In this document: in pieces, positions 13,401 to 25,544 of the stretch | Layout of the letters: every line of letters begins with the position of its first letter | Numbering within the stretch: the first letter of the stretch is position 1 | The notes under the pieces: generated by a model | The model's database searches: none | Told to the model about the DNA's origin: nothing | Seen by the model: only the letters and a program-made list of their open reading frames with translations | Made by a program: the position numbers and the translations under genes | Assembly (NCBI RefSeq): GCF_000143415.4 | Contig: NW_003314277.1 | Coordinates: forward strand, 1,062,224 to 1,126,223 | Origin: Selaginella moellendorffii | Taxonomy: Eukaryota; Plantae; Lycopodiophyta | Reading direction: 5' to 3' | Length of the DNA: 64,000 nt

Positions 13401-15150
13401 CTGAGAGTAAGCACAAAAATGCAGCCTTTGTCCCTTTAGTGAGTTGTCCTCTCGTGGACACCAAGTTTATGCACGATTCTTTGGCCTTGCATTGCCCTAC
13501 CTTTAAATCCTGGGCCTCCACCCTGGATCTTCTTCCTTGGGCATTCGCTAGTACCACAAGGTTCCTACCTTGTCCATGCAGGGCTACCACGAACCGATTA
13601 AACCAATCCATCCCGAAGATCACGTCAAATCCCGCCATGTCCAACACGGTGAAATCCATGTCTACTTTCCAAGTCCCTACTTCGACTCTTGCTTGTCGAA
13701 GTACCTCATCGGTGCTTTGGCTACCTTGAACAAACTCTATAGTCCTTGGTTCGCCCAGCCGCTGCGCTGTTAGTCCGGCTTGCCGGACTATGTCTGCAGC
13801 CACAGAATTATCCGAAGCACCCGTGTCAATAAAGATCTTAACAAAGCTACCTCCGAGCTTCCCCCGGAGGGCTAGTAGATGTCGCGAACGACTCTCTACC
13901 AAAGTTGCTCGTGTAATAAGTAGCTTTGAGCTAGGGACTGGATCACATACCTCATTTTGGACTTTACCCGATTTAATGGCTATATTGGCTCTAGCCTTCT
14001 TCGGGTAGGGACATTCCCTCGAAAAGTGTTCCACTTCACCACAGTTGTAGCATACATTGTTTCCCACGCTACTAAATGACTTGACCTTCTTATCCGTGGG
14101 TTTGTCTCTTTTTGCTTGACTCCCCCACGTACTTGCTCGTTGGCCACCGGATTTGCCTTTCCCGAACCCCGAGGACTCATTCTTAGAGAAACTCTTCTTG
14201 AATTTCCCCTTGCTATATGTTCCCCTCGGTTTGGCCCCTTTGTGAAACGTGGACCCCAACCCTGTCGCGTTCCCTTTTCGCAGGTTATCGTTGAAATGCA
14301 CCTTGATAGCCGCATCTAACGCTTCCTTGTAGTTGGTTGGGTTCCAGCGCATCACTTCACTGCGAGCCCAGGTTTGCAAACCTGATATAAAGGCATGGAA
14401 CGCATCCATATCCCCCATGTCCGTGACAAATATCCTCTTTGCCATGAACCCATTCACATATTCCTGGATGGTTCCAGTCTGCTTCAGCCTACTCAACTCA
14501 TCTCTCAGATGCAGAGTGGCATTCGGAGGAACGTATGTTGCGCGGATCCTCGCCTTCATTATGTCCCAAGTGGCCACTGGTCCTTCGTTGGCCTCCGTCG
14601 TTCTCCACCAAGACTTGGCATTATCTGCCAAGTATGGTTTTGCACATAGGACCTTCTCCGAGCTTGGTAACCGCAACGCTCGGAAATAGTCCTCCATATC
14701 GTAAAACCAATCCTCCACCACCTTATAGTCATTCACTCCCTTGAAGACCGGTGGGGGCTTTCGTTTGTACTTAGGGACTGCCTGAGGGACTGATTCCACT
14801 TCGGTCTATTCGACCTTGTTTGGTTTTGCCTCAGTCCCTACCGAAGGGTCCGCATCTTCTGCGCTGCCAGCATCCGCAGTCTTTCGCTTTTTCTTCCGCT
14901 TCTCGTCACGCCTTAGTTTGCGTACGAGAGTCTCTAGCAGGGCATTGGTCTGTGCCAACTGTCCTTCTAGAACATCCAATCGAGCCTTGGACGACCGAAC
15001 CTCGCCACCAGACTCCTGCTTGGAAGTTTCCTCGCTAGAGTCATCCTCATGCAAGGATTCCTCATCCACAGCCTCTTGTTCGACCGGAGGCTCCAGCTCT
15101 GGCGGAGGTTTCGTCTCCGCCTTGGTTCGTTTGCGCCCCGCCTTTGCCAT
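10410..15150 (-). pseudogene. gag-pol polyprotein: one reading frame once two introns are removed, with several in-frame nonsense codons
   Basis: CYNCGEVEHFSREC knuckle, IDTGA protease, YIDDIL RT, TDAS RNaseH, HHCC plus MDF/SDRD/TER integrase, YEVEAIL..VKWKG..TWEPEENL chromodomain. In-frame stops at 14806, 13330, 12988, 11638, about 11153 and 10438; introns 11276-11230 and 10811-10760. Confidence 0.92.
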
Positions 15151-15194
15151 CTCCCAGCAATCCGCCTCTATCCTTCGCTAGAACTGAGGAAAAG

Positions 15195-15206
15195 GCTCTG
15201 ATACCA
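15195..15206 (-). promoter_or_regulatory. Primer-binding site for tRNA-iMet
   Basis: TGGTATCAGAGC, 3 nt inside the 5' LTR boundary. Confidence 0.93.
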
Positions 15207-15209
15207 AAT

Positions 15210-16335
15210 TGTAAACCACAAATTTTTCCTTTTCAATTTGCCAGCTTACCTCATCTATCTGTCCAACACTACCTTGGCTTTTGCTAAGTTCCCTTGCCAA
15301 GGTTCTCGCCTATGGTACCAGCTCCTACTTGGTTTCAGCTACTCACTGCACAAGCGACCGAGCGTTAGCCATCCTTCCACGGATTCCCAAATCACTCCCA
15401 ATCCCCCTCCCGGAGTTAGACTGGACTTAAGGTTCGGCTACACTCCCCGCAAGCACAAGCAGCCAAGCACACCAAGCTTCCAGATTCCTAACATCCCATG
15501 GTACCACAAGACTTGATCATGGGACCCTCTAAATCCCAAGTCTTGAGTGCAACACTTGCTTCGGGACGCCGGGGCGAAACACCGTGGCCTAGCGGCCCGG
15601 TATGGGTACCTCTACCCCCCCACTTCCATCCCGAAGGAAGGCCCAAGCCCCTAGGGAGGGCGAGGACCAATGAGCCGTATGGTACTCAAGTGGGGCACCA
15701 CTCCACATGAGCCGGGAGCACTGCAATCGGTTTCCCTTTTGGGAGTGGGAGCTGCTCTTGAGCACTTCCCTGGATGGCCCCTCCGGCACCAACCAAGTCC
15801 ATGCTCACTCCCACCCAAGGCCCCTCGGTCCCAGTCTCAACCTCAAGTCGGTTTGGAAGCCCCACTGGAGAGTCCCTTCAAAACTGGTTCCTAGACCTCA
15901 CTATCCCTACTATACTTTTGGAACCCCCTACAGCCGCCCCCCCCCCTGGGAGACACACGCTTTGGGCTTTCACCCCTTGACCTGTATTAGTATTTAGACG
16001 TAGTCTCTGGCTCGATCTCGGACCCGATTTCGGATCCGACTTCGGATTCGGTCTCGGACTTGATCTCGAACTCGATCTCAGACCCGACCTCGGACTCGGT
16101 CTCGGACCCGATTTCGGATCTCGGACTCCGTCTCGAGCTCGGTCTCGAACTCGGTCTCGAACTCGGTCCTCGAGTCGGTCTCGGGCTCCATTCCGGACTC
16201 TATCTCGAACTCGGTCCTAGAGTCGGTCTTGGACTCGATCTTCAACTTGGTCCCATCCGATGAACTCTTTGTCATTTTGGTCATGCTTTCGGGGTTCCTT
16301 TAACCTACGACACCTCAGCAAGTTAATTCCTTACA
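15210..16335 (-). repeat. 5' LTR (1126 bp)
   Basis: tgtaaacc...ccttaca; matches 8826-9973. Confidence 0.95.
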
Positions 16336-16340
16336 ATAGT

Positions 16341-17195
16341 CTTATCTCTCAAAAACTAGGCCACCCATCCATGAGTGGTCATCCCTTGACCACATTTTAG
16401 CACCCTTAGGATGCCTAGAGATGAGGAACACCCTTCCCCAATATCCTTTCTTCAATCTCTACCAAGTCCCTCTCCAAACACGGTCGTGTTCACTAATATT
16501 GCTATTGAGTTATAGCTTGAGGGCCCGACCACTAAGTCCCACTGACATCTGGGACATCCTCACCATGTGACCATGCCTTTGGTCACTATGCAAAAGGATT
16601 ACTCATCTTCCCTTCTATAATCCAGAACTTTTGAACAATATTTTGAAACACTATGGCTCTATACAAGCCTTGTATGTACTCTCCCCACCTTCCACCCTTA
16701 AGTGCCTTAACCATATAGGTAGAGCGAGGTTTGGATGAACCATACTAGGTATCCAAATAGGTAGTGCCATTCACACTTGGATTAAGAGCATTGACTATTC
16801 TATTTCCTAAGGGAGCTAAAGCCGGCTCTTGAACACTTCACTAAGTTACCCCATTTTTCCATCTATGTTCACTCTAGCATTGGACTTCTCAGTGGTTATA
16901 TCATCACCCACCACATGAGTATAACCTTCCTTGGCTACATTAGGCTTTCCTAGCTAAACTGACTCCACTAAAGTCTTTCCCCTACTATACTTTTAGAGCT
17001 CACCAAACCCCTTAGGGTTTAGGAGATGATCACTTTGAGCTTTCACCCTCGGACTCAGACTTAGATTTGGTCTCGGTCTCTAACTCAGTCTGGGTCTCGG
17101 TCTTGATCTTGGTCTCGGTCTTGGTCTCGACCTTGACTCAACCTTGGACTCGACTATGGACCTAGTCTCGGTCTCCATCTTGGGTCTATCTTAGA
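16341..17195. mobile_element. Right part of LTR-B
   Basis: Homologous to 54296-55060; resumes exactly after the TSD. Confidence 0.8.
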
Positions 17196-17845
17196 TGGGG
17201 CACCACTCCACATGAGTCGGGAGTACCGCAGTCAATTTCCCTTTCGGGAGTGGGAGCTGCTCTTGAGCACTTCCTTGGGTAGCCCCTCCGGCACCACCCG
17301 AGTCTATGCTCACTCCCACCCAAGGCCCCTCGGCCCCAGTCTCAACCTCAAATCAGTTTGGAAGCACCACTTGAGAGTTCCTTCAAGACTGGTTCCTAAA
17401 CCTCACTATCCCTACTATACTTTTGGAACCCCTGCAGCACGCCCCCCCCCCCGGGATGCTTTGGGCTTTCACCCCTTGACTTGTATTAGTACTCGGACTC
17501 GGTCTTGAACTCGATCTCGGACCCGACTTCAGACTCGGTCTCGGACTCGATCTCGGACCCGATCTCGAACTTGACTTCGGACTCAACCTCAGACTCGGTC
17601 TTGAACCGATCTTGGATCTCGGACTCTGTCACAAACTCGGTCTCGAACTCGGTCTCGAGCTCGGTCTCGAGCTCGGTCTCCGAATCGGCCTCAGGCTCGA
17701 TTTCGGACTCTATCTCGAACTTAGTCTCAGAGTCAGTCTTGGACTTGATATTAAACTCGGTCCCATCTGATGAACTCTTTGTCATTTTGGTCATGCTTTT
17801 GGGGATCCTTTAGCCTACAACACCTTAGGGAGTTGGTTCCTTACA
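17196..17845. mobile_element. Partial LTR of the main chromovirus family
   Basis: Matches approx. 9308-9973 (ggggcaccactccacatgag...ccttaca). Confidence 0.88.
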
Positions 17846-18309
17846 CATTCAACTAACAATTTCCATTAAAACAACTTACATTTTGCATAACTTCATTATT
17901 GATACAGGTGACATAGGGGAAATATACATTGAGCATGAGCCAGTGATTTATCGACCACAAAGCTGGCAATTGGAGCCTCATGTTGTTGCTACAAATCTTA
18001 GAAACATTCTCACTAATTATGTAGTAGACTTAAACAAATCCACTTGAAGTTCACGAATTATTTTATTTAGCTACAAGTATCTTTAGTGTATTGATTTGCA
18101 TGCTTACTAATATGTCATATTTTGCTTGCTTTGTGTCCACAAAAGTTTTGCAACTGGATCCTACGCTATAGTGAATGGAAATTTTCTTATGGATGGATTT
18201 GGAAATGCCAAGTAGGAGTAAACAAATGGTATGTAGTCTTAAATATATTACAATTACTTTTTATTCTATTTTGTTTTTTTTTTTTTTTTTTGTGCAAAAA
18301 CAAGCCTAG

Positions 18310-19566
18310 TTGATGATCTGAGTGATGAGTTGATTGAAGACCAGATGCCAAAGAAGGCTTTGAGTCCAAACAACAAGTTGAACATAAGCTACCAATTGAT
18401 GGTGTTCTCAATCACCTATTCCTAAAATTGATCTATTTTCTAGTAAATCATTACATCTTCATTAGTTCAGCATCTCTCTCGTTGCTTCAAAGATAGTAAT
18501 CAGCAACACTGTAAATTACAAAAGTGAAGTTCATGAATAAGAAAATGAATTGACTTACCAAAGAATCAACAATTGCAAACAAAGCTTGAGATATTTAATC
18601 CACACTCTTCACCATTTGGCTATCCATAATTAGAGTATGCTTCATGAATTCTTCTTTCTTTAGATTTTGACAACAAATTTCCTTCTAGCTTTCTTCCATT
18701 GTATTAATAAGGCTCACATTATTGTCATGTAGTGCTCTTGCAAGTTGTTCTACAAGTTGTGTGCAAGACTTCTTCCTCAACCAGTCTAAACTATGTTTTT
18801 CAGGATTGTTGTTATTTCCTGTTATTGCCAAAAATGATTATGAACAAAAACTACAAAACATACCTTCAAGCTTTAGTTCTCCACATGGAGGTGATGATGA
18901 TCGTTGTTGTGAAGCTCTTGGTGTCAATAATGGTGATCACTAAAATGTAACTGGTGAAGACATTAATTCTTAAATTTGTCCTTGTGAATTCACAATTTGA
19001 CGGTCTTGAAGCCCCTTGTCCATCATTGTGTAGAGTTGATTATAAAATTTTGGTTTCACAACATTGCTTCATTATCATGTTCTAGTAACTGCTTCTGCTA
19101 GTAGGAACATGATATTTACATAACTTGATTTTGTTGAACTCTTTATAGATATACTCCCACCGAAATTGGCATTGCCCAGGCAAATGGTTGACATAATGTG
19201 TCAAATAGTAATTGCAAACTTAGTGAACGACTGGAAGTCTGAAAAATCCAAAACTTACTCAAAGACTTGTTGCTAACAAACAACTACAATCTTTTTTTGT
19301 GCCTCTCCTAAATGCTACTTCATTGTTATAAGAAGAAATCATGCTTCTTTGTTTCATTCAGAATCAATAATTCATTCAAAGACCAATGTCCTTGATTTCT
19401 AACTGGTTTTGGAGGCTTCAATGGAGTAGGAGCAATAAAATTCCCCTTGCTGAATTAAGAACTATAATATAGGACCTCTTGTTGATATTGAGTGGAAAAC
19501 ATAATCTCCAAGTCATTTAGCTGCTACTCTCCCATTCCGCTCAACCCTAAAACCAAAAATTGACAT
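18310..19566 (-). pseudogene. Decayed trihelix/Myb-SANT gene (ASR3-like or TE-associated)
   Basis: Manual translation: RNQGHWSLNELLILNETKK, GQCQFRWEYIYKEFNKIK..SY*NM..LYTMMD, then a coiled-coil ending ISQALFAIVDSL. Several stops and GT-AG remnants; boundaries approximate. Confidence 0.55.
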
Positions 19567-20521
19567 GTCAACAATAGTTGCAGGAGGAAATAATTACCAT
19601 ATTAACATTTTAACCTACTATTGCAGGTTTGATAGTGGTCAACCAGCTGGGCTTTTTTTAAAAATCATTCAAATTGATTTCATTGTCACAAGGCCACTGT
19701 CAAAAAAATGACAATGACGGTGACATGTACTAGGGCAACTTCACTTCAAATTGCTGATATGGCTATCAACATTTGACTGTAATGGTCACATGTGCAGCAT
19801 TGGAAAGTTTATTCTAACCATATGGTTAGGGCATCTTGGTGGTGAAGGTAGTGGGAGTACCCACAAAATTTATATTAGGTTATAATGTTTTAAAATGTTA
19901 TCTTGAAATCTCTAATTGTGAGGAAACAAAAATGATTAATCCTTTTGCTTAATAACCAAAAGTATTACAGAGTGAGGAAGTTCTAAAGGTCATTAAAACT
20001 TAGTAGACCTTTAAATCCCATCCCAATAGCAATGTTGGTGAGCACTACCATGAATTGAGAGGGACTTGGTGCAGATTAAAGGAAGAAAACTAAAGGAATG
20101 TGTCTCCTTAAACTTTAAAGCATTTTAAAGATGCTAAAAAGTGGTTATAGGGTTAGAGGAAGGATTATTATACACTAGTTTTATATTATAATCCTTTAAT
20201 ATCTCTAATTCATGGGTTATGAACATTGGAGTAGAGTGGCTTAGGGTAGCTAGAAGGCTACAAAAGAATGTTATATAGCAATGGCTCTAGCATCATGTGA
20301 AACATTGACTTAAGTAGTATAAGGGAGATCACTATGTTTTAGTCAATCAAATACCTACTTAAATAGTAATTTGCAAAGAAAAATTACTCATTCAAATTAT
20401 GGCATAAGTATCAAGAATTAGATGGTAAAAGATACTAGGATAATGAAAGTAAAAATTCCTTTTTATATTTAAAATAAATATTAATAAAAATGATAACATT
20501 CAGATATGTTGAATAAAGAAA

Positions 20522-21370
20522 TTATGTTACACATAAGTAATGACTATGTAAAATCCACCAAATAACATTAGGATATGCTGCTAGGTAAATTTTTAAATTA
20601 CAATCATTTTGAATAGTTAAGTATGAAGATATTATACAATTAGGTTGATTAGAACAGTATTTATTGGTTGTCCATAATACTCTTTTATTACTATATAAGA
20701 CAAGGTTACCATCATTTTGGAGTTTTAGTACACAAATAGTATCATGGTTTATAAAAAATTTTGTTCCCCATATCTTTACGGTTTTATAGAAAATAATAAC
20801 TTGACAATTTGATGTTACCATTAAAATAACTTTACCATTTGGAGAAAATAAATATTAATTTTGTTGTAGTTGTTGTGGATTATATAATGTATGTTGTCTA
20901 AGAAAGCATACAGGATTAGAAGTTTCACTAAAGTTAAATTGTAACCTATTATGAAATACCCACTCTTGAATTAATTTATATTGCATAAAATATCCTTTAT
21001 TTTCATTTTCAAAAAAGTCTGGACAATTAAGTTGTATATAATTAATATTTGCATAAAAAATCCTTTCAAAAGCAGCTATCAAAATTTTACCTGTAATTGT
21101 TTCTTCATTTTCACATTCATACTTTATTTTGAATCTGAAATCAAGAATTTCTACTGAAGTACTAATAAGCTCACCATCTGAATAATCCATAGGATATATT
21201 TTATTATAATCTAATTTAGATAATAGCTTTTGAAATATTGTACTAATTTTTACAATGTCCCGAGGATTTAAAATTCTAAATCTCCCAAACTTTGGTTTAT
21301 AAATTGGTGCTATAACATATCTTGGAAAAAGAAAAACTATAATAAAAATGAAATTTAATTTTTGTATCAT
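20522..21370 (-). pseudogene. Secreted protein with a C-terminal bulb-type (GNA-related) mannose-binding lectin domain, one in-frame stop
   Basis: LKLQNDGNLVLY matches QxDxNxVxY; also LTIQNDCNLKIY and LFSPNG. ORFs 21370-20855 and 20821-20522 share a frame across TAA 20855-20857; hydrophobic N-terminus. Confidence 0.75.
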
Positions 21371-22343
21371 TGTTTAGTGATTTATAGACTTCAAAATGAC
21401 TTTAATTGAAACTCAGATAGTTTTAATATTACCACAAATATTCTACAATTGTTCTTTTTTATGTGAAAGATGAAAGTGAATACGGGAATAATATATAGCA
21501 TTTACAAAAATTTCTAGTTTATATAGTTATGTTGGAAGAATCCCATAACTTACACCCACTTATTGTTGTGAATGTTTGCTTCTATTCCACATCCATTATT
21601 TTTAATGAGAAATAAAAACTAATTGATTCAAGATGTAATTTTATATTTGGGGTGGAAAACAAAGAACATTTGAAGTGGTTATTTGGCTTCTTCCCCGGCA
21701 TTCTTGTAGCATATAAAAAGACAAAAAGAGAAAAATTAGTGATGGACACGTGGATATGTTTTCCCTTTGTAAATATTTTAAATAAACAACTTAGAGTAAT
21801 TTAGTTTTACTTTTTTAGCTTACTGTAATAATAATTTTGAAATTAAGAATGGAGAAATTTTTTGCTAGAATTCACAGCATATTAGAATAAACTCTTTAAG
21901 ATCTATTTAGTAAAATTTTAGCATTTCCCAATTTACCTTTACAATTTCAATAATTCCCAATCTACCTCTTCTTTTTAAGGACATCACACATTGGTGACTT
22001 ATTCTAAAACCAGGGGAAACCCAGAGTTCCTTTAAAGAAAATTGTCCAAATATTTTCTCCATAGCCATTGTGGCTATGGAGTCATTCTCTCAGAGCTGGA
22101 AAATATAAAGGCTAAGTTATGGCAATAGAAAATTTGCTATCTGCCCATGTTGATTCTCTTTCGAAATGTCTACACAAGATCTTTCAAATGCAAGTCTGTA
22201 TTGTGAGGCCAAATGCATCTAAGGCCTCATTGCATCCTGGTTCTAGGCAGATTGGAAATTGTAGGAATATAAAAAAAAATTCTTAACACTAATTTATGCT
22301 TCTTTTCTTTTGCCTGGCATATTCTTAAAAAGATATTTGTTCA

Positions 22344-22361
22344 TAGGGTTTAGGGTTTAGG
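22344..22361 (+). promoter_or_regulatory. Telo-box repeats upstream of the PPR gene
   Basis: tagggtttagggtttagg. Confidence 0.55.
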
Positions 22362-22465
22362 ACAGGAATATGCTTCTTTATACCTTTCTGCGGAGAGGGC
22401 TACATTCTAGCAGGGAGAGCGCGGACTGATACATTCGAGCTATGAGCACCAAGGGTTAGGTTTTT

Positions 22466-25432
22466 ATGTCTTTGCGGCAGCGCGAGCTATGGCTGCTGCT
22501 GCTTGATCGAGGAGGAGGACGAGCGATTGTCCGCCACTACACCGCCAGGAGCTTCCCCAGCGGTAAGCCAGAGCGCGAGCACCTCACGCCCGATTTCGTG
22601 CGTCGCGCTGATCTGGTGACCTCGATTGTGGAGACGATCAAGGACGTGAGGCTCGACGGCAGCTCCTGGTCTGTCCATAATATCCGCAATGTGCTCGGCC
22701 CCGTCCACGGCCAGGTGCTTGGATCCCACGTCGCAGCGGTGCTGCGATCGCTCAAGGTCACTGGGACGGCTATCAGTTTCTTCCGATGGGCTGGAGAACA
22801 GGCCGGATTCCAGCACGATGTCTTCACTTACAATTGCCTCATGAATCTCCTGGTGGCCGAGAAGAACTACTCGCAGTGCTACGCGATCCACGAGGAGATG
22901 CTCAAGGCCGGGATCGCGCCCAACACTTTCTCCTTCAACATCTTGATCCGGAGCTTCGCCAGGACGCGCCGGGCCGACGACGCTGTGACGTGCTTCGAGA
23001 TCATGAAGAGGAAGAGGTGTAAGCCCGACTTGCATACGTTTCTGATCCTTGTGGATTGCCTGTGCAAGGCTGGGATGGACGAGAAGGCTTTCGAGGTTTT
23101 TCACGAGATGATGGCAATGGGATTTGTTCCTCCGGATCGGGCACTTCACACCGCGATGGTGAGAACGCTGCTCAAAGCGAAAAGAGTGAAGGAAGCTCGA
23201 GAGGTTTTCGGACAGATGGAGAAATGTGGCTTCCCTCCCGACGCTATTGCTTACAACACAATGATCGACGGGCTCGCCAAAGCTGGCCATGCACAAGAAG
23301 CTCTCAAGGTTCTCGACAATATGCTCGCGAAAGCTTGCGTTCCAACAGAAGTCACGTATGGGATTCTAGTGAACAGTCTTTGCAAGGCAGGAACCTTGGA
23401 ACGGGCCGAGGAGCTGTTCCGAGTGATGGCAGCTAGTGGTTTTCGGCCGAATTCAGTCATCTACACGTCTCTCATCCACGGATTCGCAAAGTCGGGAAGA
23501 ATGAAAGAGGCTTGCTCTCTCTTTGACGAAATGGTGGAGGCCGGGTACCGTCCAGACGTGATCACCCACACGGTTATGATAGACGGGCTGTGCAAGTCGG
23601 GAAACTTTGAGCAAGCTGCAAAGAGCTTTGAGGAGATGATGCGAGGCGGGTGCAAGCCAAACGTGGTGACTTACACGACGATCATCCAGGGCCTCAGCAA
23701 GATCGGGAGAGTGGCCAATGCTTTCAGGATTATGAAAGGGATGATAGCTCATGGATGTTTTCCAGATTCTGTGACGTACATTTGCCTTCTCGATGGCTTC
23801 TGCAAGCTCGGGAGGCTCGACGAGGCTGCCCAGCTCTTGGACGAGCTTGACAAATGCTCCAGCTCTCCAAACTTACAGCTCTACTCGTCACTTGTAAATG
23901 GACTGTGCGATGGTGGCAGCGTTGAGAAGACACTCGACGATCTATTCGAGCAGAGCAAAGCCGCAGCAGAAACCTTGGATCCCGGCCTGTGCTGCAGCAT
24001 CATCGTCGGGTTGTGTAAGACCGGCCGGCTCGACGAAGCTTGCAGGATTTTCCAGAGAATGGTGTCGGAAGGATGCAAGCCCGACGCAACGACTTACAAC
24101 ATCCTGATCAACGGGCTGTGCAGGAGCCGAGAGAACCGAGTGGAGCGGGCATTCGCTTTGCTCCACGACCTCGAGAAGGTTGGCTACTTGCCAGACGCCG
24201 TGACTTACACCCCGCTTTGCATCGGCCTGTGCAAGATTGGCGAAGTTGACAGAGCTGTGAAGATGCTCGAGGAGGCGTCTAGCCGGGGTTGGAACGCCGA
24301 CGTAGTGGCTTACACTGCTCTATGCACCGGCTTGTGCTATCAAGGCCAAGTCGATCGAGCAGTGAGCTTGTTCCAAGAGATGGTCCGCCAGGGTGGTGCT
24401 CCGGACGCTGCTGCCTATTGCTGCATCATCAACGGGCTGATCAAGGTGAAGAAACTGGAAGACGCTTGCAAGTTCTTCGACGAGATGATCGGCAAAGGCC
24501 AGAAGCCGACGGTTGCTACGTACACGGCACTCGTCCAGGCGCTGTGCCATGCCGGGAACGTCGACGAGGCGTTCCACAGGTTCGAGAGCATGCTTGCTCG
24601 GGGCGAGCTTGTTGGAAGCGTCATGATCTACGACGCTCTCATCCACGGCTTTTGCAAGGCGTTGAAAGTGGACGCGGCGCTTAAGCTGTTCGAGGACATG
24701 ATCTCCAGAGGCAACGTTCCCACTGCCGTCACATCCGCTTCGCTGTTTGATGGCCTGGTGAGGTCCGGGAAGACTGAGAAGGCCCAGGAGCTTTTACAGG
24801 AGATGGCTGCTGGCGGCTCTCCTCCTCATGCTGCTACTTTCACAGCGATCTTGGACGGACTTCGCAAGTCGGACGAGTCTGGCAAGCTGCTAAAGTTGGT
24901 CCAGGAAGATGGAAGCAGCAGCAGCAAGCAAGAAGCTGGAAGCGCTGTTGAAAGTCCAGGCCCGAGGAATGGTGACAGTCCAGAGAGGGAGGAACAGGAT
25001 GAACGAGCTGGTAGTCATGATGGAAGTCTCATGCCGGATCAAAGCTCTACAAGAGACTGTGACGACCTGGACGGCGACTTGAGAAAGGAACAGGACGAGC
25101 AAGCTGTGGGCGATGATGAAAAGCTCTTACAGAATGAAAGCTCTGGCTTTCATGATGGGGACGACGAAAGCCATCAAAGTTTTGGAAGAAATGGTGGCGA
25201 ATCTCCTGGAAAAGAGAGTGAAAAAGCTGTCGAAAGCCTCTCGGTGGATCGAAGTTTTATGCCTGATACAGAGGGGGATCAAAGCGAGAACTCTCAAGCT
25301 CCATGCCCCGAGACAAAGGATGGAGAGGAGGAACTCTTACGTTCTACTGATGACGATGAAAAACACACAGGCTCTTCACTCCACTCTAAGTTGTCAAGGC
25401 CGAAACGTCGGTGGCTTCCTTTTGGTGTATGA
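22466..25432 (+). CDS. P-type pentatricopeptide repeat protein, single exon, organellar presequence, acidic C-terminal tail
   Basis: 988-aa ORF with tandem 35-aa repeats (e.g. VTYTTIIQGLSKIGRVANAFRIMKGMIAHGCFPD). Confidence 0.95.
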   Translation: MSLRQRELWLLLLDRGGGRAIVRHYTARSFPSGKPEREHLTPDFVRRADLVTSIVETIKDVRLDGSSWSVHNIRNVLGPVHGQVLGSHVAAVLRSLKVTGTAISFFRWAGEQAGFQHDVFTYNCLMNLLVAEKNYSQCYAIHEEMLKAGIAPNTFSFNILIRSFARTRRADDAVTCFEIMKRKRCKPDLHTFLILVDCLCKAGMDEKAFEVFHEMMAMGFVPPDRALHTAMVRTLLKAKRVKEAREVFGQMEKCGFPPDAIAYNTMIDGLAKAGHAQEALKVLDNMLAKACVPTEVTYGILVNSLCKAGTLERAEELFRVMAASGFRPNSVIYTSLIHGFAKSGRMKEACSLFDEMVEAGYRPDVITHTVMIDGLCKSGNFEQAAKSFEEMMRGGCKPNVVTYTTIIQGLSKIGRVANAFRIMKGMIAHGCFPDSVTYICLLDGFCKLGRLDEAAQLLDELDKCSSSPNLQLYSSLVNGLCDGGSVEKTLDDLFEQSKAAAETLDPGLCCSIIVGLCKTGRLDEACRIFQRMVSEGCKPDATTYNILINGLCRSRENRVERAFALLHDLEKVGYLPDAVTYTPLCIGLCKIGEVDRAVKMLEEASSRGWNADVVAYTALCTGLCYQGQVDRAVSLFQEMVRQGGAPDAAAYCCIINGLIKVKKLEDACKFFDEMIGKGQKPTVATYTALVQALCHAGNVDEAFHRFESMLARGELVGSVMIYDALIHGFCKALKVDAALKLFEDMISRGNVPTAVTSASLFDGLVRSGKTEKAQELLQEMAAGGSPPHAATFTAILDGLRKSDESGKLLKLVQEDGSSSSKQEAGSAVESPGPRNGDSPEREEQDERAGSHDGSLMPDQSSTRDCDDLDGDLRKEQDEQAVGDDEKLLQNESSGFHDGDDESHQSFGRNGGESPGKESEKAVESLSVDRSFMPDTEGDQSENSQAPCPETKDGEEELLRSTDDDEKHTGSSLHSKLSRPKRRWLPFGV

Positions 25433-25544
25433 GAGATCTTGGAAACCATCAACTCGGATCCTGATAGCTCCATCATCTCAAACCTGTGAGAGCTCGTTCG
25501 ATTGCTCTTTCGCTCGCTCGCTCGGCCCTTGAAACGATTGCTCG

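Larger units (their letters stand above)
8826..16335 (-). mobile_element. Full-length Ty3/Gypsy chromovirus LTR retrotransposon (about 7.5 kb)
   Basis: Near-identical TG...CA LTRs 8826-9973 and 15210-16335; 5-bp TSD ATAGT (8821-8825, 16336-16340); tRNA-iMet PBS; PPT; gag-CCHC-PR-RT-RH-IN-chromodomain order. Confidence 0.97.

Noticed and set aside
14800-14810. Programmed read-through or frameshift at the gag-pol stops
   Set aside because: Six scattered in-frame stops, mostly single transitions, fit mutational decay; the old copy has sense codons at some of them (e.g. tgg near 7112)
17900-18050. Possible plus-strand terminal exon (GDIGEIYIEHEPVIYRPQSW...)
   Set aside because: Short, no recognisable family, and upstream exons are not visible
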